Shown here: positions 39,845 to 52,830 of the stretch, in pieces | Numbering within the stretch: position 1 is the first letter of the stretch | Layout of the letters: each line of letters opens with the position of its first letter | From: Microbotryum violaceum | Lineage: Eukaryota | Assembly: GCA_001244265.2 (NCBI GenBank) | Contig: CDLV01000018.1 | Coordinates: 620,001 to 684,000 of the forward strand | Direction of reading: 5' to 3' | DNA length: 64,000 nucleotides | The notes under the pieces: generated by a model | The model's input: only the letters and a program-made list of their open reading frames with translations | What the model was told of the DNA's origin: nothing | Database searches by the model: none | Made by a program: the position numbers and the translations under genes

Positions 39845-40632
39845 GGTAAAGGCCTAGACTATGCCTGGAACAAACGCAGGTTCGTGCGGGCGAACAAGGA
39901 CGAGGGCAATCGCACTGTGAACAAAGGATTTAGGCGGTCCGAGCGATGCTAGTCAGGAGCCAGGGGGTTGCCTCCTGTTGACCTTGCCCGAGGGGGTGAG
40001 CTGGCCACCTTATTGATTCCATTTCGGGGTCCAATACTATTTCATATGCTTCAGTCACGCTCGACTTGAGATCCTGACCACAAAATGTGTAGCTCAACAT
40101 GAGGGGAGCACAATTGGTTGCCGACCCCCGAGGCAAGGTTCAGGCTTGGGTAGCTCACAGGGGGTGATCGGCACAAGCTCTTAAGTCTCACGACCGTGGT
40201 AGGAGATATCCCTATCAAAGAAGGATTGAGCGATTTTTTTCGTGTAGAATGATTTCCTGCCTCCTCTTGATACGCACGTTGAAGTGGGTAGCCTACTTCG
40301 ACGGCCCGATGGCTATACTCGGTCGCAATCAATATGAGCCCGCGCGCCACCCGAAACTCGGGCAGGCTCCAACGCGTCGCGACGTGGAATGAGCCGCACG
40401 GTGTCATGCCAGGACACGGGCCCCTTCCTTGTCTTAGGCCGATTGATTTCGGGCGCCCACTCCGTGATCACTCGTTTCGTTACATTCGCTGTTGTTTTCC
40501 GACACAGCACGGCCCTCGATCGACCTTGCTGCGTTGTGACGATAACGAAGGAGGGGACGTGGTGCAGGACAGGGGCAGTCTACGCGAGCGTCGCCCAAAA
40601 GTCGCCCGCTTCGTGCCTTGACACGCTTCAGG

Positions 40633-43101
40633 ATGAACGCCGTACTCTCCGGTTCGCAATGGCTTCGTCGATCCGGCTCTAACAAAAGAGCAGGCGCAGG
40701 TAGCCCTGGTAACGCACAATCTGGGACCCAGTCGACCTTACCACCACCACCGCCAGCTGCTCAAATGAGGAGGACCAACCCGGAGTCGCCGCCAGCGTCT
40801 GATAGCCGTTCTTTCGAGGAGCCGCTGTGGCCGACCTACGAACCCCCTATGCTTCAACTGCAGACCCAACGACCAAGCTCTGCCATCTCGGATACTGCAA
40901 GCTCGACAAACAACTGGACGCTCGATTTGGGTCTCTCTAGCCCTGCGCGTGCTCGCAAATCGTCGTCCAATTCCAACGGTCGCGCGCAACTCCTCGCCAA
41001 CGCTACCGACCACGCTAAGACATCCTTCCTCGCGCTGGTCGACGAAACACAGCCGGGCACATCCTACTCACATGAGTTAAAACATAAATTAATTGCTCGT
41101 CGGACTTCGAAAGAAAGCTCGGCAGGAGGCTCGGACTTCAGCCATGCGCACGTCTTTGAGGCAAGCGAGTCGCACGAACTGCCCCTTCGTAACGAGACTC
41201 CGCACTCGCATCATACTTTCGGTGGGTCTTCAGGGTCGGGGGGTATTGAGGTAGATCGCAGGCACGGGGCAACTCTGGGTCAGCACGGGCGTCGGGCGAG
41301 CAGTCCCAGTATCGTAGCCGCTAGTTCGCACTATGCTAGCAACGCCTCGTCCAGATCCGAGGCCGAATCGCTCCCCGCAGGCACGCCAGAGCCTGTTCGA
41401 GGACTCGATTCGGTCGCATCAGAGTGCTCTGTGGGACTGCTCTCCATCGCATCAGGACTGAGTCGGGCACCCTCGGGCAGAGCGGGTACCTTCGACGCCG
41501 GCAGCTTTGAATGGAGGGCAAGTCATTCCCCGCAATCGCGAACCAGTCCCCCTCCGAACTAATCACGAGCCATATTTTGAAACCAGATTGCTAAGGCGCT
41601 ACTGAACTCACCACGATCCAGATCTTCAAGAGCATCGCGTGCAACAGCCGAAAACGGAGCTATTTCAAGCGCCGAAGCATGCTCGCCTCTGCAGTCCGAG
41701 CACGACTCATCACTTCAACATAAGGATGATATCACCCAGCGACTACCTGGAGAGAAGAAGCCTCGCCCTCGGGTTGAGTCGATGCCGGATCCGGACGTGC
41801 TCCACTCGTCGAGTCCATCGAGGGGCCGCCACCGTCATGTCTCGCTGCCAGCCAAGGCCTCGCGGGCTCGAGCTCGATCCGAGGGCCCACCTCGAATACG
41901 CGTTCGATCTGGTACACCCCTCGACATGCAAATGTCCGAAGTAGCTCAGGCGAACTCCGATCCTTTCAAAGAAAGCTGCCGCGATCAACCGCAGGACGAG
42001 CGGCTGTGGGCCGTCTACCCATCCTCGCGGGCCGCGCTCGGCTATTCCTCATCCGCGACATTGCTATGTGCGCGGGAGTCCACTCATTCCATTCTTACGT
42101 TCATTACTGCATCACCTCGCCTTTCATCTACCTTTCTCATCGAGCCGAACCGGGACCCGTTCTCGGATGCGTTTTCGTCCTCGTCCTCGTCTACTGTGCA
42201 CGTGCCGTGGCCCGAAATCGACGATTCGAGGCAAAAGACTGCGTGCGAGCACTTCGAAGAGGAGTCAGTCTGGATCCCTCTGCCGATTCGACCGGTTCAC
42301 AAGTCCTTGCCGAGTTCTCATCGTCCTGTCAGTGCAAGCTTCCTCAGTGCACCTCCACGCGAGCTTCGTCGAAATTGGCGAAACGAGCAACGAGAAAAAA
42401 GGCGGCAGTCTGCACACGATTCACGTCGGGAACAGCCGCTCGAGGTTCCATCCACCCTGCACGAAGTTTGGGCCGCCGCAGAGCAGTCGTCGCCAATTGT
42501 TCAAGAGCCATTTGCTCTCCAAGATTTCCAAATAGCAAATATACCAGAATTTGAGATGACGCCGAGCTTGCAGTCGAGTCGAGTCGGATGGATTGGTCGC
42601 TCGATCTCGCTCGGTCGCTTGGCTCTCGTTCCGCTCGGAGGGTGGTGCTTCGTCTTTGGTTTCATCTGTCCTCCTCTCTGGTGGGTTGGAGCCCTTTATC
42701 CGAGGAGAAGGACCCCTTTACCTCCCAGGCGACTTGGAACCTCACCTCACTATTCGGGAGGACCCATCTCGGAATGGCCGGACACTCGTCCCGGAGCAAG
42801 GAAACCCTTGTACGATCAACGCAGTCGAGGGGGTTGGCTCAGCAGTGGGCTCTCGCGATGCATCGAAGGCACTGAGAAAGGCGACCTACCTCAAAGACGT
42901 GGTCGATCTTCCAAGCCAACTTCATCAAGAGGTATCGAAGGTGGACCTGGGGCAATTGCGAGGAGTGCGGCGATGGAACGCGAAGCCGCGCCGTGGGAGT
43001 GGAGGAGGCGTAATAGAGTCATGTCGCTCATCTCGGCGCCACTCCTCTCGGCCATTATCGCGGCAACTATTTGGGCATGTGTGACAGCATCTGCCCCCTG
43101 A
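40633..43101 (+). CDS. Low-complexity hypothetical protein with C-terminal membrane segments
   Basis: ORFs 40618 and 41782 share a frame and are joined by candidate intron 41518-41586. C-terminal WCFVFGFICPPLWWVGA and WRRRNRVMSLISAPLLSAIIAATIWACV. Confidence 0.7.
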
Positions 43102-44036
43102 TGTACGAATCGATCAATCAACGGTACATACCAGGGACAATACAGCTTGGTCGCTTCCGATTCATTTTCGCTCACACCCCCCACTGGTCGAAGACTGTTC
43201 AGGTTCGCTTCTCGATCCAAGCCAGCGGTCGATCTCCTCCTACGCCTAGACATGGTAATATGTGCAATTTACATCTACTTTGAGAGGACTAACCTTAAAT
43301 TTATATTTACCAAAGAGATATATTTTTTATTTTGTTTGATAGACTTCATTAACAGCAGATCTCACCCCGAACACCTCCAATAACCACTAGTCATTAGATC
43401 TGGAGGAGACGCCGAAACTGAAACTTGCGCCCGGTTTGGCGCTAACTATTGGAATTTAGACCCGTGGTGCGTGCACATGTCGACAGGTGCACTCGAAACT
43501 ACAGAGCAGAAACGGGAACACTAGGGAAACGAGAAAAGGGCCCAGGAGGCCAATCTTCAATCTTCCGGGTCTGATCGGTGCCTTCCGGGTGCCCAGCCAT
43601 CCGGCGAGACGCCGCGATCTAGGCCCGGGCTGGACCGCTACGATAGAGCACAGGGATGCGCCTTCAACAGCCCCTGGAGGAGGTATTTCTTTATAGGTAC
43701 CTGCCAGGTTAATCGCTCGGGCATTTGTGCCTAGGACATCGGATCATCGGCATCATTGACGTAGGAGGCGAAGCTCGTTTTCGTGTTGTCGATACCAACT
43801 GGGCAATTCCGGCGCGTGACGACTGGTGCAATTACGGCATTGATCAGCAACTGAGAGCTTTAAGTACTCTGAATAGCACAGAGTCGCCGCCGAGGAGACC
43901 CTATACTTCTCTACCAACGACGTCTTTTCCCGCCTTCCTAGCAACTTTGTCTCAACTTCCGTTTGACGCCGGAAATGGTGCTGCCATGCTCATTGTTGGG
44001 GCAAGGCTGATGCTCGCTTCACCGAACTGTTCCTAG

Positions 44037-45988
44037 GTGGTTTGATTATCGGAGTCTTCTTCGAGGTGCTGTTTCTTGGGATGATCATCACCCAAGTCGC
44101 CTTCTACGTGCCGAGAGCGTCGAGGGATCCCGTGCTCTTGAAGTGAGTTCCCAGGCAGTGCACCCCAATCACGTGCGCGCGTACGCTTCGCTCAGTACAG
44201 CGCTAGTACCGTATGATTGACGCGCGCAAGTGCTGATTTGCGACCCTCCCCCTTTCTCGGATGTACAACTTCCGCCGCAAATTTGACAGAATCCTTGTCG
44301 CAGTGCTCTTCTTCAGCGTCATGATCAAAGCAGGACTTGATATCAAGACCGTCTACTCCAGAGTAAGGAGCGATCAGGAGGCGGCGTGCCATTTCTGCGG
44401 ATTATCGAGCCTTTTCGGACTTCAAGCAGCCGTGATATCCTACAGCCGAAGAATGAAGCTCACTCGAAGCTGATTAAAATGCCTTTGCCCTTTCAGTATG
44501 TGTTTGGCGTGTACAAAACGCAAGAACGCACTCTCCCATGGTCCATCAAAGTCGGTTTCGTGGTCGGTCAGATTCCCCTATTGGCCTCTCAGCTCTATCT
44601 GTGCTTTCGTCTGTGGGCGGTCATTCCTCGTGGCGTATATGCTATTCTTCGCCCGACGATCTCCGACCGGTACTGAGTGATTGCTTCTACTTTCATCGTG
44701 TGCACACAGGCGTCTGAGCGGAGAAAACTTCCCACCGCCATCGGCTTGACCGGAAGCTGCGCCTCGTGCGCAATCTTCATCGTCTATGCGGTGCGGCGCA
44801 GTGAGTCTGAACCAATGTCCGAGTTTTGAGAATCTGAGACTCCACCCAAAACTCATGCTGAGGATGGCCCTCCCTCCTATCCGCAGTTTCAAGACCACAG
44901 ATAACAGGAAACAAGCACATCCTCCAGTACTGGCTGCCTCTTTGGGCCTTCTCCGCTTGCGTAAGTTTTGGTCTGTGCCAACCGTGGAAATTTTTCTAGG
45001 CCCTCCAGCCGTCGTTAATCGAACACCGGACTTTGCTACACCTCATAGGCGATCGACTTGTACCTGTCCATCGCTTTCGCTCATTATCTGCTACGCGCAA
45101 GACGAAGAGCTGTCAGCTACAAGTGCGCAATCACAACTTTGGCAGGGCGCCTAGTTCGATCAAAGCTGACTTTCAAGTGGGAAACCAATATTCTGCACAG
45201 ACTCGAGTTCATGCTAGGGCGACTCGCCTCCATCGCGATCACGACGTGTTTTCCATCTGCAGTTTTCGCCCTCTTGCTGGCGATCCTGGAAATTGTCGCC
45301 CCGGATCGATCGGTGAGCACCCCTTTCGAATGAATCGGCTGCAAGGCATAACACTGCATGCCTAATGCCACATAACGCCATGTTCTTGTTCGTAGCCGTG
45401 GATTTTTTTCTCGATCAACGTCTCCAGCGTATACACGCTCTGCATTCTTCACACTCGTAAGTTGCGTTTATGCGGCGTACGAAAATTCCTCTAATAGCAC
45501 ACTTGGATTAAATCGACATGTTCCTCGCAGTCAACTCCCGCAAGCAAATCACCGAGGACGCTGTTCGGATCGTTAAGACTGACCCTACTGGCCGCGGACT
45601 GGCAAAAATGCAGAGCGAAGGCCAGGATGCCACCACCCAACCTGCTAGTTTGTTCTCTATCCTGAGTCGAGCGACGAGACAATCAGGCGGCGTTTCCAAA
45701 ACCACGTTTGATGAAGAAGCTGGTCTCAGCTCTAAACCGGGGCCTTCGATGCAAAACTTGCACCCACAAGACTCCATTGTACAAGGGGTCGGATACGAAA
45801 TCAAAGTCGAGCGAACAAGTGAGAGGATGAACTCGATTGACTTTTCGACTATGAAGAAAGCCGAGGAAGACGGAGAGGTACAGTTGATGGCAACACCGGC
45901 GACGGATACGAATTCGGTGGAAGCAAAGCCTACGCGAGCGGCGAATCAGTGGACGAGCTCTTGGACAAATGGACCTCCGAGGACGTGA
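44037..45988 (+). CDS. DUF6534-like multi-pass membrane protein, paralog A (first exon not resolved)
   Basis: Spliced exons: GLIIGVFFEVLFLGMIITQVAFY..DPVLLK, GQIPLLASQLYLCFRLW, AIDLYLSIAFAHYL, MLGRLASIAITTC, YTLCILHTLNSR. Intron positions match paralogs B and C. Confidence 0.8.
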
Positions 45989-46990
45989 GATCCTGGCTTC
46001 GCCGTTGATGCAAGCAACGATTTGCTTTGGTGTAGGGGCATCCAATCTGTGTAGCTTACATACTCTGACGCTGTAACATCTGACTTGTTTTGTACTAGGG
46101 GTTCTCGGAAGGAGATGCTCTTTCCTCGTGGGGGGAAACTCTCTTTCATTGCCCGCCAGTTTTGCGATCTTCTGGCGCTACTTAGGTCAGGGGTAGCATA
46201 GGTCAACACTAAACAAACGATGGGGCTGCAAGTAAAACTACTATGTAGAAATATGGTCCTCCTGATGGCCTGTGATAAATCACCTATATAGCGAGCCGCC
46301 GATATCACGATTTCCGGGCAGAGACACGCCGCCAGACTTGACCAAAGACCTTGCACAAGCTCTTGGACTCCGATTCCCACCGGCGAGCGCTCATGCAACA
46401 GACGTGAAGTTTACTCACTGTAAGCCATGTCAAAACTCGACAGGAGCCACTCATTTGTCAGTCGCGAGTCCCGCACCGCCGATCAACGAGCAGCTCCGAG
46501 GAGCTCTTGGTGAGAATTGTGACTCGGCGAGTTGGTCGCGCCGAGCCACTGTCCTCAGGTTGCAACTCGTGTCAGCACAATTTTCGATTGGGCGTCATCT
46601 TATCCAAAGAAACTCAGCAGTAAACGGTTGACCCACGATTTGACGTCTGGTTTCAGTCTTTCAATGTTCATGATTCAAATATTCCGGCCTGAAGCTGCAG
46701 TGGTCAGGCTTGCACTACACTTGATTTTTGACCTTGGCGCGCGGTTGGCTTGGTACTAGTACGCCACACTTACCCCCCACTTGCGCGTCCTGATGCGCCT
46801 ATCGTCGATGTCAAAAACACCCAACTTGATCACATCGAGCTAGGTGCAACTGATTGCTGTACAGCACTGCTGAGCATCTCGAGTGGGGGGGCGAGCTCGG
46901 TCGCACGCTCGCACTGCCGGCGCCTAGATCGGTTGTACAGGCTCAGCCTCATCGATCGGTCGTACTAGATCACACTAGGTTCTCCTCATC

Positions 46991-49900
46991 ATGGTACCCG
47001 TCACACCTCACGAGGGCTCGGCCATGAGGGGGCCGCCAACACCTCTATCAGCTCTGCATGCATGCAGCTCGGCGTCGTCATCCAACCCGACGCTATCCGA
47101 GATCGTCGACGTCAAGCACGTGGTACGACTCAACAGCGCTGCGTCACATTACATCGAGACGCTGCCGACACCCAGTCATTCCCGACCAGCTTCACCACCC
47201 TCCCTCGACTGGCTGATGGGAACCGCGACAATCGTCGATTCGGCTTCGAGTATTTGCGATGGCCCGCAACTACCTTTGTCATCGACATCGGGAGAACGGC
47301 CATTGAAGACGACACCGCCACCTACGAGCTATGGAACTGGCAACGAGCTGCTCCGGGCCCCAAAGGAACCTGGATGGAGGACGATCCGCGATTGGGAACA
47401 AACCATAGCCGATGATCACTGTCGAGTCCGGGAGCGGGCCAAGTCAGAGATTGGATCCGAGTCCGCGAGTCGGAAGAAGACTGGTACCCAACTCATCCCA
47501 CTTGCAAAGCTCATCAAGGCTGGCACCATCGTGTTGAGAGGATACCAACTCAGAGACTGCAACGGGTCAGCGATGGTCGTGGACGAGGATGGATGGTTTC
47601 GGTTCGCGGCCGAATCGGTCGTCAAGATCGGCGCGGATGACGCAGGTCCGACGACGATGATTGATGACGACGACCCTGATGCCGCATCATCGACATCGAC
47701 GATCGCATTCACCTCGAAGCTGCTGTATGATGGATTGCTGCCTCCCGCGTCCCCAGAGCCGATTCGAGCGAGAGCGAAGCGCAAGGCCAAACCACTTTGG
47801 ACTCGACGGTCTTCCAAGAAATCGATCAAGAGTGCTACTTCAACAAGCCCATCTGCGTTGCAGCATGGCACTGGGGATCCGCTCCTTGAAGAACTCCGCC
47901 TTTTAACATCGGCACTCTTCTTGCGAGCGACTTGTCGGCCCCTCGACCTCTCTGACGGCGTAAGCGATGTCGAAGGCGACAAACGGGTCGTGATATTCCG
48001 GATATACCTCGTTCCGGACGATCTGGAGGAGCGCTTCAACGAAACTTACACCAAAGGGCGAAGAGTTCGTCCGCCGTCGTCAGTCATCTTGGAGTTCTTG
48101 CAGAAGATCAAAGTGGGACAACGCGAATGGGATGGGTCAGTTGACGGGCATGAAGGAGGCGATGGCCTTTTAGATGAGAAAGTGAGTATGGGCGACATGG
48201 CGCATTCGAGCCCGCGTACTTACTCAATGGTAGTCGATCACTTTCCCTTTCCTACCACTAGGATCAACGCTCGATTTTGGAGCTCTATCGGGCCGTCCGA
48301 GCACCACCGTCTGATCCGAGCTTTGTCGAGACGCTACAAGATGTCGATCAACACACGCGCGATCGGATCCGCGACACAATGCTCGAAAACCCGCTTGCGA
48401 TGATGACCGAGATGTTTCCCTACCAGCGTGCTTCGTTGGCGAAGATGCTCACCCGTGAGCTAGCCCCTCGATGGTCAATCGATCCGGCCTACACAGTAAA
48501 GACTGAAATGGGAAACAAAGGCGCCGAGGATATGGGCGCCAAGTTTTACGTCTCGGTGGAAGGGAGGATATCGAAGCACCCCGTGTTTGTGCGCGAACCA
48601 AAGTCCGGCATTTTGGCCGAGGACATGGGGTCGGGCAAGACGTGCATCTGCTTGGGCCTGATCTTGGCGACCAAAGGCGAACTGCCGATTTTGGACGAGA
48701 ACGTCGGGACCTGGTTGGACGGCGAGGAGGGATCGCCTGCGCCCGTTGTCGTGAGCCAGTTGTCGATGGGGTTCCCCTTCCAGACAGAGTTGTGAGTCAT
48801 GTTAGTGCGTTCTGCGCCTTGTTCCCATGGGGGCTGATGGCGGTGTTGCGTCGTATAGGAAAGAGGCCCGCCGACTTCGCCCGCGGGTCCCTGAACCCTT
48901 ACTTGCTTTAAGCGAGATGGATGCTGCCGACGTGCTCGAGTACGAAGAAGCGCTTCGCGTACAAGCAATCCGCGATGCTCGCGAAGATGTCCTGCCTCCT
49001 GTACCGACGCTGCGAATGCTCATGATCGACTACCTCAGCACGATGCCACGAGCGGTCCCCTATCCCGTCGACGACGGCAGGTTCGAATCACTGAAGATTG
49101 CCGCCGAGATCGCAAATTTCCCCCCGTTCTACTACGTGCACCCTTCGCCCGCCCAGCTACAATTTCGCCAATGTCGGCAGATTGGCTTCGGCGCGCGACG
49201 ATGCGCCAAAGAGACGTTCGGGCCGGATACCGGCAAAATGCGGATACAGGCGCAGGAAATGATGATGACGCGAACCACGCTCGTCGTCGTCCCTGCCATC
49301 TTGGTCAAGCAGTGGGAAACCGAGATGGCGAAGCACCTGGTCCCGGGGGCTCTCAAGGTCAAGACGATCAAAACTCCAAAAGACAGGATGATCACCGTCA
49401 ATGAAGTGATGGCGTACGATGTCGTCTTGATGAGCATCGCAAGGTTCTCGGAAGCGGCAGACACCGGCGACAATGTCCTGAGGAGAATTCACTGGAAGAG
49501 GTTGATCGTCGACGAAGGTCATGCGCTCAGCGGAGCGAACAAGATGCGTGATTTGGCGGAAGAGGTGAGTCAATTTCATCCGATTGAGAATACTTCAGAG
49601 TCTGAGCGTTGACATGTCTCTTCGGTCTCCTCGATTCTAGTTGAGATGCGAAGCTCGCTGGGCTGTCTCGGGGACGCCGTCGGTCAACTTGCGCGCCAAG
49701 GCCGACACCCTTCCCGCGGCAGCCTCAAAATCGAGCGGCACTTTTGCTGCCCTTGACATGCATGCGGGGGGAAGCGAGCTCGATTACCGCCGACTTGGTC
49801 AGCTATTCTCTCGGTTCTTGCGCCACTCGTCATTTAGCAGAGTCGAGGATTGGAGGAAGATCATGACCGTCCCCATCCTTGAGCATTCGCGCGGAGCGAC

Positions 49901-51717
49901 GCGGTTGTCGAGGGTCTTTGATGAGACCATTATCCGGAACTCGCTCGAGGTCGTAAGGCAGGTGGTACAGCTACCACCTCTGACAACTCGGGTCGTCTAT
50001 CTCGACATGGAGGAGCTCGAGAGGAAGACCTACAATGCTTTGCTGGCATTGTTTGCAAACAATTCGATCCTCAGTCAGCGCACGAATGTGAGTCCCTGAC
50101 CTGGGTCCGCATCTCCTCAAAATATGTGCACTATACCTGACTGCGCCTCTCGTGTCATTCTTCAGAAAGATTACTTTTTCCACGAGTCCCAGAAAAGCGC
50201 TCTGAACGACCTCGTCTCCAACTTGTCCGCATCGTCATTCTTCTTCGCATCCAGGGGACTCGTTTCACAAATTAGGTTCACTATCAAATCCGCCCTCGAC
50301 GAGGGTTTCACCACCGAAAAGGCCAAGAAGTTCTCTGATGAAGACCGACAGGGGCTCAAGCGCTCAATCGAAGTGATGCAAGAGGCTGTCGACGATCCAC
50401 GATGGTGTCACGTCGTCGATGTTATGTCCGTCGCTACGGTCGTTCGAGGTGTCGATCGGAGTGTCGCCGACATGTTCCAAGGACTCTATCTCTCTGGTGA
50501 CGACGAAAGCGGAAACCATCTGATGTCCCTTGGCTCGTTGATCACGCTGCGCGGAGACTTGCAGGAGGTGCGAATGCCCGACATCGGGGCGTGGGATGAC
50601 GACGAGGAACTGCGCGAGGAACTTTTGACCTTCGAAGCGAAACGTTTGCGGGAAACTAGTGCCGTATCGGGGTCCATCGAAGATATTCGAGCTAAGGAAG
50701 AGAGGAAGCGATTGAACAAGGCCCGAAAGTTCGCACCGAGACCTCTGCGACCTCGACCTTTCCCGTCCGACTCTTCGTTCCGTGACGTGAGCATGGGCCG
50801 GACCACTTCGGCCAAGCTCAATTACGTGATATCCGAATGCCGGAGGTATGCTCAAGAAAAGTTTATAATCTTCTCGTGTGCGCTTCCCGACTTGGTTTTC
50901 GCGATCCTGTCCGAAGCGTTCGACTTGGTCGGGATCAAACACATGATCTTTGCTGGGCACGCGAGAGGCGCGAATCGTGGTACGATGGCGCAGCAGTTCA
51001 ACGAATCCAGTGTCAAAGATTGCCAGGCCATCTTGGTGGATGCTCGACTCGGTGGTCGGGGCCTCAATTTGACGGCAGCATCCCGGGTGGTGATGCTCGA
51101 GCCTCTGTGGCAGCCAGGTGAGTGATATCTGCCGGAGCTTTATTAGCACAGTGTTTTGTGGCAGGCGACCGTGACGTAGGAAGCTAATGGATATAGCTCT
51201 TGTTTCGCATATAGATCTTGAGATTCAAGCGATCAAGCGAGCGCATCGACTTGGGCAAACACGACCAGTCGATCTATCAATTCTCGTCGTGCGCGGATCG
51301 TATGAGGATTCGCTACTTCAAAGGCGCAGTCAATTATCGGCGAACGAAATTGGTGAGACGAAATTGCCTCAAAGGGATGAGAAGCTCAGAGGCGTACTTC
51401 AGAGCGCTGAGTATCTCGAGCCACCCTCTGTGGGTGGCAAGGTGGACGAAAAAGGCAAAGGGCGGCAAGTCGATAACGAGCGCACGTTCCTCTTTGGTCT
51501 TGGCGACGACGACACTGAAAACGAAGTGCAGATATTCGCCGAGGTAGAGAGTGGCCCCCTCGTCCGTCCGACAATCGAGCAGGAGGAACGAGGAAAGGGT
51601 GGGGCCGAGAAGTTGGCAACACGAAAGAAGCGCTCGCTGATTCCGGATCCAACGTTCACCGACGAGCCGCACGGGCCAAAGAGGGCGAAAAAGTCGGTCC
51701 AGTTTGCTTTTAGTTAA
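46991..51717 (+). CDS. SNF2-family ATPase, Rad5/Rad16-like group
   Basis: GILAEDMGSGKT, TLVVVPAILVKQWETE, WKRLIVDEGH, RWAVSGTP, GGRGLNLTAASRV, QAIKRAHRLGQTRPV. Introns 48182-48261, 48792-48858, 49565-49640, 50088-50165, 51118-51214. Confidence 0.93.
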
Positions 51718-52039
51718 TGAAAAGTTGTCGTTGCCATACATAAATTCAGGTTGTTGTGAAAGATGTGATATCATTGGAGAGATACGTAACATTGGAGATA
51801 ATCACGTGCGACTTGGGAAATCGCTCGGATCGACCAGGCATCTCGGAGACGAGCGACCGAGGACTGAATCGCCGCTTGAGGAATCGTGTCCCATCGTGGC
51901 AATCGGCAATCCGGCGTTCGGGACATTTTGGCGAGTCGTCCGATGTGCGATCGCGATGGGGTGACGGTGCACCGACTAACCATCTTACCCCACGCGTCTC
52001 CGCTCCTCCATCTCACGACGCTGCTGGCGGCAAGGATCC

Positions 52040-52622
52040 GCATTAGATCAGATCACCGTCAGATCTGATCTGATCTGATCTGATTTTTTTCTTCTGATTC
52101 GGCCTTGATTGATTTGATCTTGATCTGATCTGAGCAGATCAATTTGATCTGAGACATGATATTGCCTAATTTGGCACATAAAGACTTCTACATGTCTACA
52201 TGTTGAAATCCTCATCTTCTTCCTCCACTACCTCATCCTCATCCTCATCATCCTCCAGAGTGATCACCTTGCTAAGCCGCCGCTTTTTGGAGGAGGCTGA
52301 GCTCCCCGCTTTTATAACTGGATTGGGTTGCGTGATCCTATGAGAAAGTGTTTGCAATAAGTCAGCACCTGACACTGCAACGAGCGCCCATTAGAGGAGG
52401 ACCACACCCTGTAGTATCTCTGTGACGCGGGGCCGACACCCAATGCCGCGGCGGCGATGCCAGATGGCAGATGGCGCGGTCCATTCTCTCTCACTTGCAG
52501 TGATCAGCTGAGGTGCGCCGCAGTTGGCATTTCAAATCACAATGGCAGCATCCATGGACCGCCTGCTTTTGGATTTTTTTCCTCGAGGCTTGATTGATCT
52601 GAACCTGATCTGAACCGATGCT
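52040..52622. mobile_element. Probable degenerate non-autonomous DNA transposon with (GATCT)n subterminal repeats
   Basis: Left gcattagatcagatcaccgtcagatc versus reverse complement of right end gcatcggttcagatcaggttcagatc; GATCT arrays at both ends; acidic coding remnant LEDDEDEDEVVEEEDEDFNM* on the minus strand. No TSD seen. Confidence 0.5.
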
Positions 52623-52830
52623 CTCGACTCTTCCCGAGACCGTTCTCAATCTAAATCGGCCAACCAAGCCACCAAATAGATTGAGACACGAAAGGAGGTT
52701 GTTGACCCCGAAAGGCCGAGAAACCCCCGACGTGACTAGCGCCAGCGCCGCCGCCGTGCTTCGACTCCTTCCCAAACCTGTCTCACTAATTCTGAAACGA
52801 CCACCTTGCGTCCGCGACAGCAGGGAAAAC

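Noticed and set aside
39980..40160. Imperfect inverted repeat accttgcccgagggg / ccccgaggcaaggt
   Set aside because: Too short and mismatched, with no TSD, to call a MITE.
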